Below are positions 34,152-47,864 of a stretch of 64,000 nucleotides of DNA, one piece after another. The stretch's first letter is position 1. Each line of letters starts with the position of its first letter. Position numbers and translations under genes: made by a program. The stretch lies in the NCBI GenBank assembly GCA_977862235.1, contig OZ374559.1:682001-746000 (forward strand). Reading direction: 5' to 3'. This DNA comes from Dudresnaya verticillata. Its lineage: Eukaryota. The notes under the pieces were generated by a model. It saw nothing but the letters and a program-made list of their open reading frames with translations. It was not told the DNA's origin and made no database searches.

Positions 34152-35084
34152 ATGCCCCCGCCCACCCCGCCCGTCGCCGCGCCCGCGTCGCCCTCCGTCG
34201 GCTGGCCGGTGCTGCGCGCGCCCGCGCGCGCGCGCGCCAAACGGGCGCGGCGCGGCGAGCCGGGCGCGCGCGCGGCGGCCGACGCGGCGCGCGTGCGCGC
34301 GCGCTTCGAGCGCGCGGCGCCGGCCGGGTCGGACGGCTGGCGCGCGGGCGTGGTGCGCGCCGTGCGCGCCGACGCGCGCGGCTGGCGCGAGCGCAGCGGA
34401 AGCGGCGAGCTGCTGCGCGCGGTCGGCGGCGCGCTTGGCGGCGCGGTGTGCGGCCGGGTGCGGGGCGTCGTGCGCGCGTACTTCGTGGCGAGGATGCTGG
34501 AGAACGGCTTGGGCGACGTGCGCGCCGTGCGGGGCTGTCTGCGGCGCCTTTCCAGTGTCATCGACTCCGTTCCCGCGCCGCTCCACGCTTGCGCTGCGTA
34601 CGGAGAGCTTGAGATGGTCGCCGGTCAGGTCGGCACTTTCCTAATTACGCTTCGCGGGTTTGCGAGTCGCAGGTCCGTCGTCAAGAACCGACGCGGCGAG
34701 AGCTTCCAAGTGGAGGCAGAGGCCATTTCGCTCATTGATAATACCTTTGCCGTATCGCTGCACCACGTCGTCAAAAACGACCTCTTGCACGCCACCCACG
34801 TCTTCGGCTGGGTATCGTCCTGCTCCGGAGCACATGAACAAAGCAAAGCTAGAGCCGCCATAGCCCACCTCAGGTTGGGCGAGCTTTGTTTCGAGCTAGC
34901 CTCCTTCACAGCCGCGGCAAACCACTTTGAGAAAGCCTCCGCATATCTCACCGGCTTCGATAAGCAATATGCAGAGCAGAGATGGGATGACACCATCGTC
35001 ATGCAGGGTGGCGGCCTGCTTGCGCAAACACTACGAGAGAAAATGGATGAGTCGCTAGCAGAGTCCATCCCGATTTTCAAGTGA
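34152..35084 (+). CDS. Hypothetical protein (310 aa), possible TPR-like helix pair near the C-terminus; divergent from the H4-like gene
   Basis: GCCATG start and an open frame; AHLRLGELCFELASFTAAANHFEKAS resembles a TPR motif. Confidence 0.65.
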   Translation: MPPPTPPVAAPASPSVGWPVLRAPARARAKRARRGEPGARAAADAARVRARFERAAPAGSDGWRAGVVRAVRADARGWRERSGSGELLRAVGGALGGAVCGRVRGVVRAYFVARMLENGLGDVRAVRGCLRRLSSVIDSVPAPLHACAAYGELEMVAGQVGTFLITLRGFASRRSVVKNRRGESFQVEAEAISLIDNTFAVSLHHVVKNDLLHATHVFGWVSSCSGAHEQSKARAAIAHLRLGELCFELASFTAAANHFEKASAYLTGFDKQYAEQRWDDTIVMQGGGLLAQTLREKMDESLAESIPIFK

Positions 35085-35285
35085 TCGCCCATATGGTCTG
35101 TTAGAGAGCTGCTGCCATCTCTTAGCAGCTGCTAGCACCAACACCTTCCCGTCTAGTTTATCTGCCTTGCCCTGTCTACATCCATCTCGTTTTGCAGCCG
35201 TACGCCACAACCTCGGTTGCATCGCGCAGTGTGTGGTACACCATCTCACAGTAAAACTTGCCAACTTGGCTTTTGCTTTCGTCTG

Positions 35286-36722
35286 GAGAGAGAGCGAGAA
35301 AGAGAGACCTTTATTGCACATTAAGAGACAAGCCCCTTAAGAGCGCTTAGGAATCAGAGCTACCGTAAAGAGGCGGAGGAGCGAGCTTGCGGCGATTGAC
35401 ACGCATTGGAAAACTAAAGAGAGTAAACGAGTAGTGAGGCAAAGTTTCTTCGTAGACGGAGAGGTCCCGCGCTTGCTAGCAATGAAATTAGCAATACGTT
35501 GGGCGCCAATTTCAAAGCCACATCCAACACGGCCATAGACATCTACAACCATAGGATGGAGATCCATATCCAAACTAGCACACACACACACGCACACACA
35601 CGACGGTAATGCAAGAGCGTTCGACGGGTTCGCGGGCTGCAATTGCTTGGCCAGCAACGCGACCAGTGGAGCCATGAATAGAATGGCGACGGATGACCGA
35701 GACATCAAAGCCATGGCGGTGCGGCGTGGTGCAAAGCCACGATTAACAATGACAAGACCCATACGCAGCTGGTCGCGTGGATCAACAGGGTGTTGGAGAC
35801 CACCAGAAGCAGCATGGAAGCTCATCACGTGCGCGTTCAGCACGTGTTCGGGCAGCATTGGGGACAGCGCTACGAATACCATGCCCATCCGATGGTCGAA
35901 ACGATGTTCAAGTTCATCGCCACTCCATGTGCGCGAGCGATAGTCTGAAACAAAAACTCTTATGCGATCCTGGAGATGATCATGACGGTGTATAGTACGC
36001 GCGAGAAGAGAAGACCGTAGCGTGATGCCCATAAACATCAAGAAGAGGGGGGACAGAAGCGGTACCATCATTCTGCGTTGCTTTTTGGAGACTGTCCGCA
36101 GTGCAACGAATCGTTGCATTCTCTTACATGCTATAAACACTGTGACACTTCCTCCTAGACTTGTGTGGTGCTGTCCTGTTTGTGCTGCAATCCGAAGACC
36201 TCTGCCCCTCTTCCTTCCTGGCGGGGAAGAAGGGCGGAGCTTTAATATTCTGTGGAGCCGCTTGCTCCACAGCTCCGAGCCTACTCTATGTGTTTGATAA
36301 AGAACAGCACTACTGCTGCTTCTAAACGGTATGGATAACGTAGCTATTCTGGTCGTAAACGGTATTTTCTACAGTAGCCCAAACCGCCATGCCCTCGGAA
36401 CAAATACCCCCGAGGACATGCCAGCTTAGAGCATCTATCCCTGAGGACAGGCTTGAAGATGTTGAATCTTCAACGGAAGAAGTTGCTCCTGCAACGGAAC
36501 ATCTTCTTGGCTTAGAGTAGACCTGACAATTCTAAATTGCAAAAGCTTCAAGCTAGTAAGCCTGTAGTGCCACTTGGCAACAGTTCTCTTCAAAGCACAC
36601 ACACACGTTGGATTATGAATGAATGCAACATATGAAAGAAGTCCATAATGTATCGTCTCAACTCTCTTCAGGGTCTGCGAAGCGTAACAACTCCGTGATT
36701 TCAACAAGAGGCTCGCTACCAA
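35286..36722 (-). mobile_element. Degenerate, internally deleted CRE-like element
   Basis: LHPMVVDVYGRVGCGFEIGAQRIANFIASKRGTSP and HRHDHLQD match family A ORF2. The 3' end is AATAAAGGTCTC plus (TC)n. The upstream extent rests on weak RT-like peptides. Confidence 0.7.
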
Positions 36723-37276
36723 TCTGATGACAAGTGCAAGCGGCCTGCTCTTTCAATTTGCCGTCGTATTCCCGAATCTCTTTACATCCCTCAATCGTCG
36801 CAGTTCATTCCGCGGACGTTAGAAACGCAGATCGGCATTTTGTAATTCTACTATCACTACGGAATACGGGGCAGCGACTAGTCATCATTTCGGTCCCTCT
36901 CTTTCTTGTTGTCGTTGTTCAAGTATTCAATTCCGGGGAGCACGGTATACCTTGTGTGAAAAAAAAGAGTGTTGATGTTATCCTTTACTAGTCGTTTAGA
37001 GTGGTCCTATACAGGCAACCATTATGGCGATCTGGGAACACATGCAAGCACACCATTGCTAATCCGAGCGGACTGTAGAGGCGTCGGCGTCGGATCATCG
37101 ACGAAAAAATCGAGACGGTAGGGGTCACGATCAGGGTGGGTCGGGTTAGGAAACGGCGCTTCAACTCGAACATCAATAAGAGGGGGAACATCACTTTAAC
37201 CAAGGCGTAAAGGGGCGTCCCATAAGGGGACGGGGCTACGAGGAAGGACCGGGGGCGCTGATAAGGAGCCGACGGT

Positions 37277-37513
37277 TCACAGTAAGGGCTTACCTATTGG
37301 AGCACAAACAAAAATTTGACGAGTTGTGAGAAGAGAATCCTTCTCAACAAGCGGATTCGAGCCTTTCTTGTCCGCGATAAAGTTCGCAAGTGCTTGCAGT
37401 CGAGAATGAAAGCTGATTCCAACTCGACCGTAGATATCCATTACTAGCGGATGAAGGGTGATGCCATGAACACGACAAAGGTTACAATAGGAGGTCACCA
37501 CAAAAAAACACAT
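37277..37513 (-). mobile_element. CRE-like RLE C-terminal remnant
   Basis: ITLHPLVMDIYGRVG..LANFIADKKGSNPLVEK is similar to the end of family A ORF2. Confidence 0.8.
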
Positions 37514-40500
37514 CCCTCCGACAGCCGAAAAGACGCAGACAGAATGACGGAAATCCGCATTGGTTGCCTTAGAGGCATGCGTAATCGTGAGGAAAGCACA
37601 TGCCGAAGGTTTCTCTGCTTAAGATTTGGCAGCACTTCGAATCTTCTTCGCAGCTGGTGTCGTTCAACTTGGGTAGGTATAGAGGACTTCGAGCGAAGTC
37701 AATCTGGCCCAGCCTTGGCCGGAGATTATAAATGGGTGGTCAAGATAGAGTAGCATGCAGTGTCAATTGGCACTGAATGTTGTCAGTAGTTGCATTCAAT
37801 TCCACGTTCGCGTGGAGGATGAAACTCAGTACAAGAACTATTCCGACGTCAGCAACAAAGTAAAGAAAAACCAACGATTACGAAACAGAACAACAACCAA
37901 ACAATCTAGGGAACTAGTCTAGCACACGCTACAGACCGGAGACGGTGCAACGCTTTGCGTTTGCAACTAATGGAAGACAAGTTCAAAGAACCACGGAACA
38001 CTCAACTAGTGTCTACGTTTGAATCAACCTCCGCTACCATTGGAATCAATTGCTCCGCCCTCAGTCAGCTCTTTTGAGAGCCGTTCCGAGCGTGCAGCTC
38101 TTGCACTCGTGCTAACCGAAGCAGCCTTTTCGAGGGCCGTTCATCGACGAACACGTGTGGATCCTAACGGCTACAGTGCCGTAAAGGTCTGTATTTTGAC
38201 AGCTGGTCTCATGGAGACCACCTCGGGCTTGACCACGGTGCCGAGATCGGCCTTTTAATGGAGAACTGGAGGAGTGTCTTGTTTACCGGGAGAATAGAGG
38301 ACTGCTTTCTTGTTTCCTGGGTCGTCTGGATCGTTTTCTCTCCAGGAAAGCTACCGCCGTTACCCTTTAGCTGTAATCAAGACCATCAAGACCACCTTTC
38401 CAAGGGTACTTGAGATTATGGCATCCTCATAGTGCCAGTGACCAATCACCACAAGCTAGCTTTCTTCAGAATGTTGCTCTCGGGATTTACTTCTTCAGAT
38501 GCATGCCCTCCGGGACTTGTTTGAGCCTACTTAGATTAGCCTTGTGAGTTCCTTTTGGCTTGCACCCTTATTGACTTTTGAAGATGATGTCGTTGAGAGT
38601 CAATGAGAAGATTCGCCAGCTTCTCTAATGCCCAACCCAACGAGTCAAAGATCGGCCAGCTTGGGTAGCCTTTATTAACCCTTCTCAAAGTACTATCACC
38701 TGAGCGATAGCCTGCGAGTATTCAGTTTTGCACCATCGGTGCGCATAACGTCACTTACGCAGCGCTTGGAAAGAAGGTTTGGCACGCACAGGGCACGATT
38801 GCGCAGGTTGCAGCAAGCAATGTGTTAGCAACTGGCGGTTTCACCGTCCGTTTCAAAGCCATGCCACAACTTACAAATACAATACCTTCAAAGGTGCCTG
38901 CCTGATCTTCAACCGTCTGCCGAAGTGGTTAGCTGGCGAGAGCCCAAGTTCTGATAGCCGTGCTGACCACTTGAATGCGCTTCGCGAAGCCTTGCGTTTT
39001 TAAAAAAGCTCTTCTCAAAGGTGAATTGCAAGTGCGCAGCGCGGGCAGTGTAATGGCGTTTAACGCCGCAGCCCACCCGTAGCGGATCCTTTCTAAGCAT
39101 TTCCTTGCGCTTCTCGCGCTTCCCGGCGCGTTTCCGGCTCCAGCTCGCGCACCACCCTGACCCGCGCAGTACGTAATTCATGACTGGCGAAGATGGAGTA
39201 ACAGCACTTGTTGCTGCACGAAGCCCATGTTGCTGACCGCTGCGAGAGACGGGGTGCAACAGCCCATGCAGCGTCGACGAGTTCCGTAATCGCCTCGGTC
39301 CGAGATAACAGTTTCTACTTGTGTTTTCCTCTAAAAACAAGAGGTATCATTGTCGCGATTGCACCCTTTTCGATGTTCGGTGGCAAGGACATACACCTTG
39401 TATTGACGGCGACATTGACATGTTCCATGCCCTGTCCTGGCTATCCTCATGATCGGTCATGATATACAAATCTCGGTACTTGGAGTTTTCATTATTTTCT
39501 CATCGTGACCTTCTTCTTGACAACTTTGTTGAAGCAAGACGATACATCTCTGTATCGATTCACATGACTCTCACTGCAGCTTCCCTCTACATACAGGGAA
39601 CTTTATTGGCTCTGGAGGAGACCATCGAAGCAGTGACCAAAGAACGTCAATAAAGGGTGTGCTCTCTTCTTTTACTGAAATTACTGCACAGCTAGTGATT
39701 GTCTGATGAATGTACGTGATATTATACCTTTTCATTGGACCGGGCGTCAATAGAACGCCTGCATCGATAGCTACTCTATTTTCGAGAACTGTAACAGAGT
39801 GCGCTCCACAAAAACTACAGCTGCACTCTTATACATGTAGAAGAGTGCTACGAGAGCTACAGTCCCACAAGTAAAGTGTGCCAGGTCATAGTTACAGCGA
39901 ACACTCGCACAGCTACATCACATACACATTTTCCTTCACGTTATTGTCGTGTTGCAGCGAACAGCCTAGATATGTATGCGACTGTTCGCCCATCCACAAG
40001 AAGAGAGACAATCTTCACACGACACTATTCACGTATGTACAGTAAAGCGCTTTCTTTACAAACGACAGCAAGAGCACGTCCATGACACCACATTCGGACG
40101 TTCGCTCTCTTGCAAGAACAGTATTGCTATTCGTCTTTATTATCCTGCCTTCCTACCGTTGTTTACCTAACTATTTGAAGGTATCAGACCACTACTTTGG
40201 GATTTTTGAGAGAACCCAAAAGCACCAAAACGGTGCACTTGCACCATTCTCGTAACAGTTTAATGACACCAGAACCGTAGTCTGACAATAATGGCCAACA
40301 GACTATGGCGGGCGATGGAAATACAGAACTTGACCACACACGCGGGAGCCGTATGGTACAATAGCATTGATAACAAGCTTCCGTACGTGATCCTGGTGCC
40401 GAGGCCTGATAAGATCAGAGGTAGGTAGACGAGGTGGGAGAGACCAGTGAACTAAGTTAAATGGGCATCAACGGACAATTAATCCCATAAAGAGCAATCT

Positions 40501-40821
40501 CAACAAAAGGCAAAGAGCCCGATTGAACTTGAAGAGAGGTGTGATATCCTATTTTACCCGCAGATGCTCACATCGTTCCGCAAATGGAAGGATTACAGCC
40601 AGGGCTCTACGTTCTTCTCTAGAGACCAGTTTCCGATTTGATTTCATTCTTCACTTTGTATCTCTTAGCACAAACAAGCGATACTTTGGTTTTGTGTTGT
40701 ATTCTTCCTCTCTGTCCTAGAAATTGCGCTACTCGCCTATTTGCAAAAGATATCCACTTGATGCCTTATTCCATCACGCTGATTTTCCTCTATCCATGTT
40801 TGGAGTAAGTATCTGCCATGT

Positions 40822-41223
40822 TTAGAAAGCACAGTACCCGAACCAACCGTAGAACGTTCCCTGGTTCGGTCTGCAGCAACTTCGCTTAACGGACCTGCCC
40901 CCGTTGCTGAAAGTGGAGGCACAGTTCGGGCTAAGCCCAGTATCCACACAGGCCGCATAATTCTCAGCCCTCTGCTGCTTCGTAGGGTTACTGAATGAGT
41001 AAGAAAAGCTAACCGAGGACTGCGAGTTGAGACAGGAGCAGGTTGCGGATAGAGATGCACCAGCCAGGTTGCTATTGTAGGTACAGCTCGAAGATCGAGC
41101 CAGAATTGCCATCTCGACAGGGTCGGTATCGATGTTGAGATCCTTCTTGGCAACAACTGTTGCGCTGGCGGCAATAATAGATGCCATCATCAGCGCCAGA
41201 GCAGCGGCGAAACGGGAGACCAT
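40822..41223 (-). CDS. Small secreted 8-cysteine protein, paralog 1 (133 aa)
   Basis: Signal peptide MVSRFAAALALMMASIIAASA; TATA-like site at about 41334..41341; conserved paralog at 44108..44509. Confidence 0.85.
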   Translation of the reverse strand: MVSRFAAALALMMASIIAASATVVAKKDLNIDTDPVEMAILARSSSCTYNSNLAGASLSATCSCLNSQSSVSFSYSFSNPTKQQRAENYAACVDTGLSPNCASTFSNGGRSVKRSCCRPNQGTFYGWFGYCAF

Positions 41224-41792
41224 GTTTGTAGATGTGAAGGTTGTGGAGAACGATCTGAGGGTTTGAAGATGGGTGAAGTTGGTGAAGTGGTTGTGGTGGA
41301 GAGGTAACCATAGCTGTTGCCGGAATGTTCGAGTATAAATACACATCAAACCCCTCGCAGTACCATGTAATAGCGAGAGATGTTTGTCGTAGTCGAACGT
41401 TTTAATGTCGAACGTTTTGATGCATAATGATGTAAATTTCCAGATTAGAACTCGTTCAGTTCAGAAAGGCGGCCGATTGCATCTGGATTCACGCAGTGTC
41501 TTGGTAGTACAGATCCCCCTCCTGTATTGTGTCTTTGTTGACCTTGGTGGGAAAGATCTGTTGAAGATCACATCTTCACAGCGCTATTTATGACACGTTG
41601 TCAAACGTTTGGTTGTATAGATTTAGCAACGTCATCCCTAGCGGGCTTACAAATTCTATTGCCAGGACACTGGGCACTCATTTCGACAACAAGTGAAGAA
41701 ACAGAGAAACTGAAAGAAGAAACGTAGGAATGATGTTACGTCCCTCATGGTCACATAGGTTCTTACGGTGACAACACACTCTTTCAGAATCG

Positions 41793-41972
41793 GATGAAGG
41801 GTACCTCGCCAATAGCTGAGAAACTCTCTCTTCAAACCCACCTCACCTCTCGTGTACTTCAATCTGTCTCGTTGGCTGTTAACCGCCGTACACTCTTCGA
41901 CCGTCGCCTTTCATATGAGTTTTAGTTTGGCCCATCTACGGAGCTGTATTCTTTCCTATGCATAAAGGTCTC
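41793..41972 (+). mobile_element. Short 3' fragment of a family A element
   Basis: Similar to about 14198..14376, ending CATAAAGGTCTC. Confidence 0.85.
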
Positions 41973-44107
41973 AACATTCATTCTGATTTAAACGGCTTAG
42001 TCTCAAAGTGGCCAAGGGATGTTTGCTGCAGTAAGGTACGTGAGAATAGTCAGCAATGTATATATGATCTTCAAGTTTTTAGTGATTTTGTTACGAACTG
42101 AGCGCATGTGGATGTTATCAACAACGTACCGCGAGGAGTGGGATCGGCATCTGCAAAGATGGTTGGTGCGACGTCATGAGAAATTTGTCACATAGGTAGT
42201 AGGTACAAGTGCAATCTGCGCACTGCGCATGTGTCAACTAATGTGTGGTAGAAATAAAAAGCTGGCTACTGCAATAGAAGACCCTTCTTAGGATTCACGT
42301 GATCTGTACAAGCAGCAGTTGTTGTCTCTATTCATCCACGAGCTATTTTCCTCTATTTTTAGTCTCCATGGTCATAGATTGAGCTAAGAATTGGAAAGCA
42401 CCCATCTCATTCTCATACAGTACCTTCAACACCTTCAGCGAAACTACTGACGTAGTGTTTCCATCCCCAATGATACCGGGGCATTTCAACCAGGAGAGAA
42501 CTGCTAGCGCACTATGAGCAATGACAGGCCCTCAAAGGCTGTAGGGAAAGCCGTTCTATCTGTCGGAGTGCGGTTGCTCAGTACGACCAGCAAATTGCAT
42601 ACCGTCAGCAAAAAATGCAGACTGGCAGATATTAATCGAGCTCGTTTTGAATGAGCATAGACTTTTGTTTATCGGGCTCATAGACACCCCTTCCTGAGCT
42701 CCAGCCTTTGCTCGACATACGCCACCCACTAAGAAACGAACGCAATGCCTTCGATAATTACACTCTCGTACCCGCCATTGCTGCAGTTGCGCACAACCTT
42801 ACTCCAGTCTAGTTGCTCATGGGCCCCAGCATGCTGCAGCAGATTTGTGCGAAAACTGGGCAACAGTGTAGGAGGAGGCATTCTGAAACGCTTGGCAATA
42901 CATCATGACAGAACGATAGAAGGTCTTTACGCAGTTCCTCAAGCACACTCGTCCCGCTGCACTGCACTGGAGGAAAATAATGTACCGCAGCGACCGAAAG
43001 AGTTCTTCAACTTCATATTTCCACAACTTGTCTCGTCGAAATCGCTAAAGGGAACTAGGACCAGTAGGGAAATTGTGGGGTGACTATCAAGGCAGGAGAC
43101 GTTACACATTGGTACAGGGTGCCGCGTAAAGCTTATGACCATCATGACATTTTGCACTTTCAGTTAGTAGTCTACAGCATGCGTACTACGATCTTCTGAG
43201 TAAATCCCCTTAAGCTCCATTGTTGAGCTTCCTGGTATATTGCTACGTAAAGTTAATCTCTCTCTGCATGAAATGAGAGATGCAGTACTGGTCACTGATT
43301 TATGTAAGTATGTGCTGTGAGAGAGGTGCCGAGGTGCCTTTCAAGAATATAGTAGGAGTAGTTCAAACCCGGTTGGCGGCTGGAGCCTTCAACTGATAGG
43401 ATAGCTAGAGGTTGGAAAGGATTTACCAATCCTTTCAAATCCCTAGGGGTAACTTTGTTCTGATCGAGAGCAGCTAAATGGGGCGTCGACTATGCCTGAA
43501 ATGATCACCCAAATGGCACTCAGTCAACTGTGGACTCCCGACGGGAGCGGATAAACAAAAAAACTAAAGAAAAACAACAATTACCACTGGACCCATATTA
43601 GTTCCAGGAGTATTATTGCTCTTTGAATGGACCCCCCTCGCCCCAACAGCAACAGATAAATAGGAGCAAGTGGTTATAAACAGCTTCAAAACTTTATCTG
43701 CAGTACCGCATAGTGAAATACGAGTTGAATGGTTTACCAGCTCCGATGACAGCCCATTGGGGATTGTATACACTTCATCTGAGGAGTAACACCTTCTGAG
43801 ATTCTAGAATCTCGTGAACTGGTAAGGATGAGAAGAATTTCTTTAACAGCAAATGTACTAGTTGTGCGAACCACAGCTGTTATTGTCTGTTCCGCGAGAA
43901 ATTGTATGGATTCCATTGAAACCTAACTCGTATCACTATACTTTGGAGTACGCTAAAAAGACATAGTACCGATTGCACTCAAAAAGCCATAGAGATACGT
44001 TACAACAGTACTCTCCCTCCAAATCCTACAAAGCAATCTATCTAAACCAACTTGATGGGTTGATTTAATCAAGCCGTTGGTCCTCCACTACGGCTTTGAG
44101 TCCAATT

Positions 44108-44509
44108 TTAGAACGCACAGTACCCAAACCAGCCGTAGAACGTTCCCTGGTTCTGGGTACAGCACTGTTTCTTGACGGCCTTGCCTCCGTTGTTGAAAGT
44201 GGAAGCACAGTTCGGACTAAGTCCGGCATCCACACAGGCGGCGTAGTTTTCAGCCCTCTGCTGCTTAGTAGGGTTACTGAATGAATAAGAAAAGCTAAGA
44301 GACGACTGTGAGTTTGGGCAAGAGCAGGTTGCAGAAAGAGATGCGCCAGCCAGGTTGCTGCTGTAGGTACAACTCGAAGAGCGCTCTAGAATTGCCATTT
44401 CGACGGGGTCGGTATCGGTATTCAGATTCTTCTCGGAAACGATAGCAGAACTGACGGCAATAGTAGATGCCATCATCAGGACCAGAGCAGCGGCAAAGAG
44501 GGAGACCAT
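44108..44509 (-). CDS. Small secreted 8-cysteine protein, paralog 2 (133 aa)
   Basis: Same length and Cys spacing as 40822..41223; TATATATA at about 44615..44622. Confidence 0.85.
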   Translation of the reverse strand: MVSLFAAALVLMMASTIAVSSAIVSEKNLNTDTDPVEMAILERSSSCTYSSNLAGASLSATCSCPNSQSSLSFSYSFSNPTKQQRAENYAACVDAGLSPNCASTFNNGGKAVKKQCCTQNQGTFYGWFGYCAF

Positions 44510-45890
44510 GTTTGTAGATGCAAGGGTTGTATAGAACAATATGGGATTTAAAGATTATGAAGTTGATGAAGTGGTTGAGACGAGGTGAAGGAACCTTCTC
44601 CCGTATCGCTCCAGTATATATACACAATTTCCGAGAATAGCAGCGAGATATGTTGGTAGTCATCAAACATTATGGTGCATGTTGATGGAGTTTGAAGGTT
44701 TGAAGCATTTGTGCTGGGTTCCCTACTTTCTTCTTCTGCACTAAAAACGCCGATTCCATTTTGTCTCGTGTCCTTCCGCTTCATAAGTTTCGATGAATAA
44801 AGTGGATACTCCCTATGTTTTATGAAGCGTTTTGCTATGTCAATATCTTGTAGCAGGATGCAACCTTGCCAGTCTAACAGACGATAGTCTAAGTTTAAAA
44901 CATGATGTGCCGATTTCTAGAAGACTAGGAGCTGACTAGAGGAATCCAAATGTACCCCACATTGCGGGCTGTTATTTTCTCGCAATGGCACGATACTTCT
45001 TTTTCTGGAGTTGGATGGAAAGGGTTTGACAGACTCTTAAACTGCCTGAGGATCCTGGGAGCGTTCCTATGGTGGTTCTCCCAGAGGATGGGTCCATCTA
45101 CCGGCCCTGGAATCTCTAAGAGGCCTGCAAGAAGTGTCACAAATCGTGGCTCAATTCAATTTATTCGACGGCATCATACATACGTTTCATTTCCCTGACC
45201 TCTCTGCGGCTCCCGAGTATACAGTATTGCTTTTTTATGTCTCGTGTTCAGAGTATTATTGATGCGCTCTTTCTGTCAACTTCTCTTGTCCATCGTAATC
45301 TCAGGACATAGACATAAGTGCACGACCTGGGCAGAGTCAAACCTAGCGGTGTTAGACTTATATTCTTAGAAAAATATGGAGACAGAAAAATTGGTAGGAA
45401 CCGGGAGAGTGCGGAGTACTCAGTACCCTGATTTCTATCCTAGGGATGCCTTCTCGTCGGAAAAAAATATTTTCAAAGCTAACTCAGCATGCTATTTCTT
45501 CCGCGTTGTATGGAAACATATTGGGAATATTGTAGTACTGGCCCCGAACTGGAACCCTAGTAGCATATTATCATTGCAATTACATATAATTTGCTCAATC
45601 ATCAGTTCCATTCAACTCATCCTACCCACACGTTTGTATAGCTGGCAAGATTCTGGTAGAGAGTTCAATACGTGCTTTCTTTTCTTGAGGTCCTCCTGTA
45701 CCGTTTCGTTTATCAAATATGCAACATGAACAAGCCCAGAAACTATTGCGAACGGGAAGGTATGTATCGCACGACGGAGAACGAAAGAGAACCGAAAATG
45801 TATTAGGTGTCAACTAGACGCCCTACAAGCCATCTTCGTGCAAACTATGGTGGAGACGGATGCAACGGCGAGGTGGGAATATGATGATAC

Positions 45891-45947
45891 GAATGCATCT
45901 TGTATCCGTGAATGCATCTTGTATCCGTGAATGCATCTTGTATTCGT
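45891..45947. repeat. 19-bp tandem repeat, 3 copies
   Basis: GAATGCATCTTGTATCCGT three times (third copy with one substitution). Confidence 0.9.
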
Positions 45948-47864
45948 TTTTGACATAACATTCGCATTCAAGTCATGGGCGAAGTTCTGCCGTTTTCGTT
46001 ATACGCTTGAAGAACTGAGCAGCTGCGAAAACCCAAGGAGGTATGAGAGGAAATTCGAGAGCAACAAGGTTTGTTGAGGTGTACAAAACGTGACCTGCTA
46101 TATAGAAAGAACTCGAGTCAGAGTTAACCGGCGTGTGTATGTTGATCAATTGCACAAAGTATCACGATGAGTCCTAACATATACTTTACTTTTCAAGGGT
46201 TCCACAAGAACCATCTTTTTATATTCATATGGAGCCAAACGTACCCGCCATTTTTATTCAATATCGAGTTGTTCTTCCAGTTTTGATAGGAAATTGTGCC
46301 CGGTTGCACTGGCGGTGGCCCTCCGTGGGGAACAAAAGAATCGGAAAATTCTCAACTCCTCAATGATATCCCTACGCTGATGTCTTATTTATATATTGAT
46401 GATGGCAACCTTTATTTATATATTGAACCGTACACCTCTTTGTGAACAGGGGAGCAGAACTAGTGCTAAGCATGGGGTTCTGGCCCTCCTGAATCCTCTT
46501 CAGACATCTGTAGCAGTAGAAACCTCCTAGGAACACCAATTTGATTGCCGTCTATGAACCGTCAGCTCAAATCCAGAGTGGGTTTTGACAGTTCAGCCCT
46601 AGAAGGGCTTTCCAAACAGAAAATGTCACATACAACCGGCTAGCAAATTGAAACGGCAGGCACAAACCGTCCCGTACCGAACCTTGTTGCCCTTATCCCC
46701 GGCTTCTGCATCTCCTGCAAATCAGATTACAAGGAGTAGACACAATAGAGAATACATGTTATCTGGGAGGACAGAGAGAGTCCTTCGCTGTCCGAACATT
46801 CCCATTGCATTTTTCCAATCCAGACCCTAAAAGATGCAGTGTTTGCAGATGACGACTGCCTGAAAATATCCCGGAGATTCATATATATGTTTGGAGCCGT
46901 TGCCACTCTTGTCACTATCAAATTCTTCCTCATTTCGAGCACTGCATAGTGGCAGTGTTGAGGAAAGAGTACCGTACTGATCTGAAGAGGTCACCTTGGA
47001 ACGGAGAGAATCGGCGTTGTATTTGTCGACATTGTTGGCAAGGTACATCCGGAAGCATAGTGAAGGTCAGCACGTTTACAAGGCATAAGCAGTTTCTGCG
47101 AAGGGTACTATGCAATTCGTATGATCTCTGTTCATGAACGAATAAATCGAACCCTCCGATAGCTACCTTCCCTAGGACCCTTCTGTCAACAGTGAATAGC
47201 TCTGGGCAGATTTCTTCAACGCCAAAACCATACAGTGCTAAGCAGAGCCATGAATACAGAATCAGATATCAGTCGGGCTATTTCCAAGGCACCACACTGT
47301 TCGCTGACATCCATCCATATGCACATGTGTACATGTCCTACACACGCCATAAGGGACTTTGGTCCTGAGTTTTCAAAGCAGCGTCACTGTCAATTCTGCA
47401 CCTGCCGGTGCTAGGTTGGCACAGAGACATACGTCAGCAAATACTCAGAACGCACGATATCCTGGCCTGCACACGTACTCCACGGTTTTTCTATTCCGCA
47501 AACACCGGCCTTCAATAATAATTATGTAGAGCAAAGAAGCATCGTTGTAGCACCGAAAATAGAGTGAGTAATCGCTTCAAAGAGAAAAAAGCTGCTACTT
47601 TTCATCTCGCTTCGAATTGCGAAGCTGCGTATACATTTACTTTCAGTTGAAGATTTTAGCAGCAGCTGATACTGTGAACTTTATGCGCCTCTATTCAGGG
47701 AATGCTTCGGATAGGGATCTGCGGCTGGCAAGGACAACAATGTAAAACGTTCCTCACAATATCGAAAGCCGTAACCCCCTGCACAAGCTGGCTTCCATCT
47801 AGACAAATCGCGACTCGCCATCACGCCCAACACTGACAACAGATACTTAAGAGATCAAGATCAT

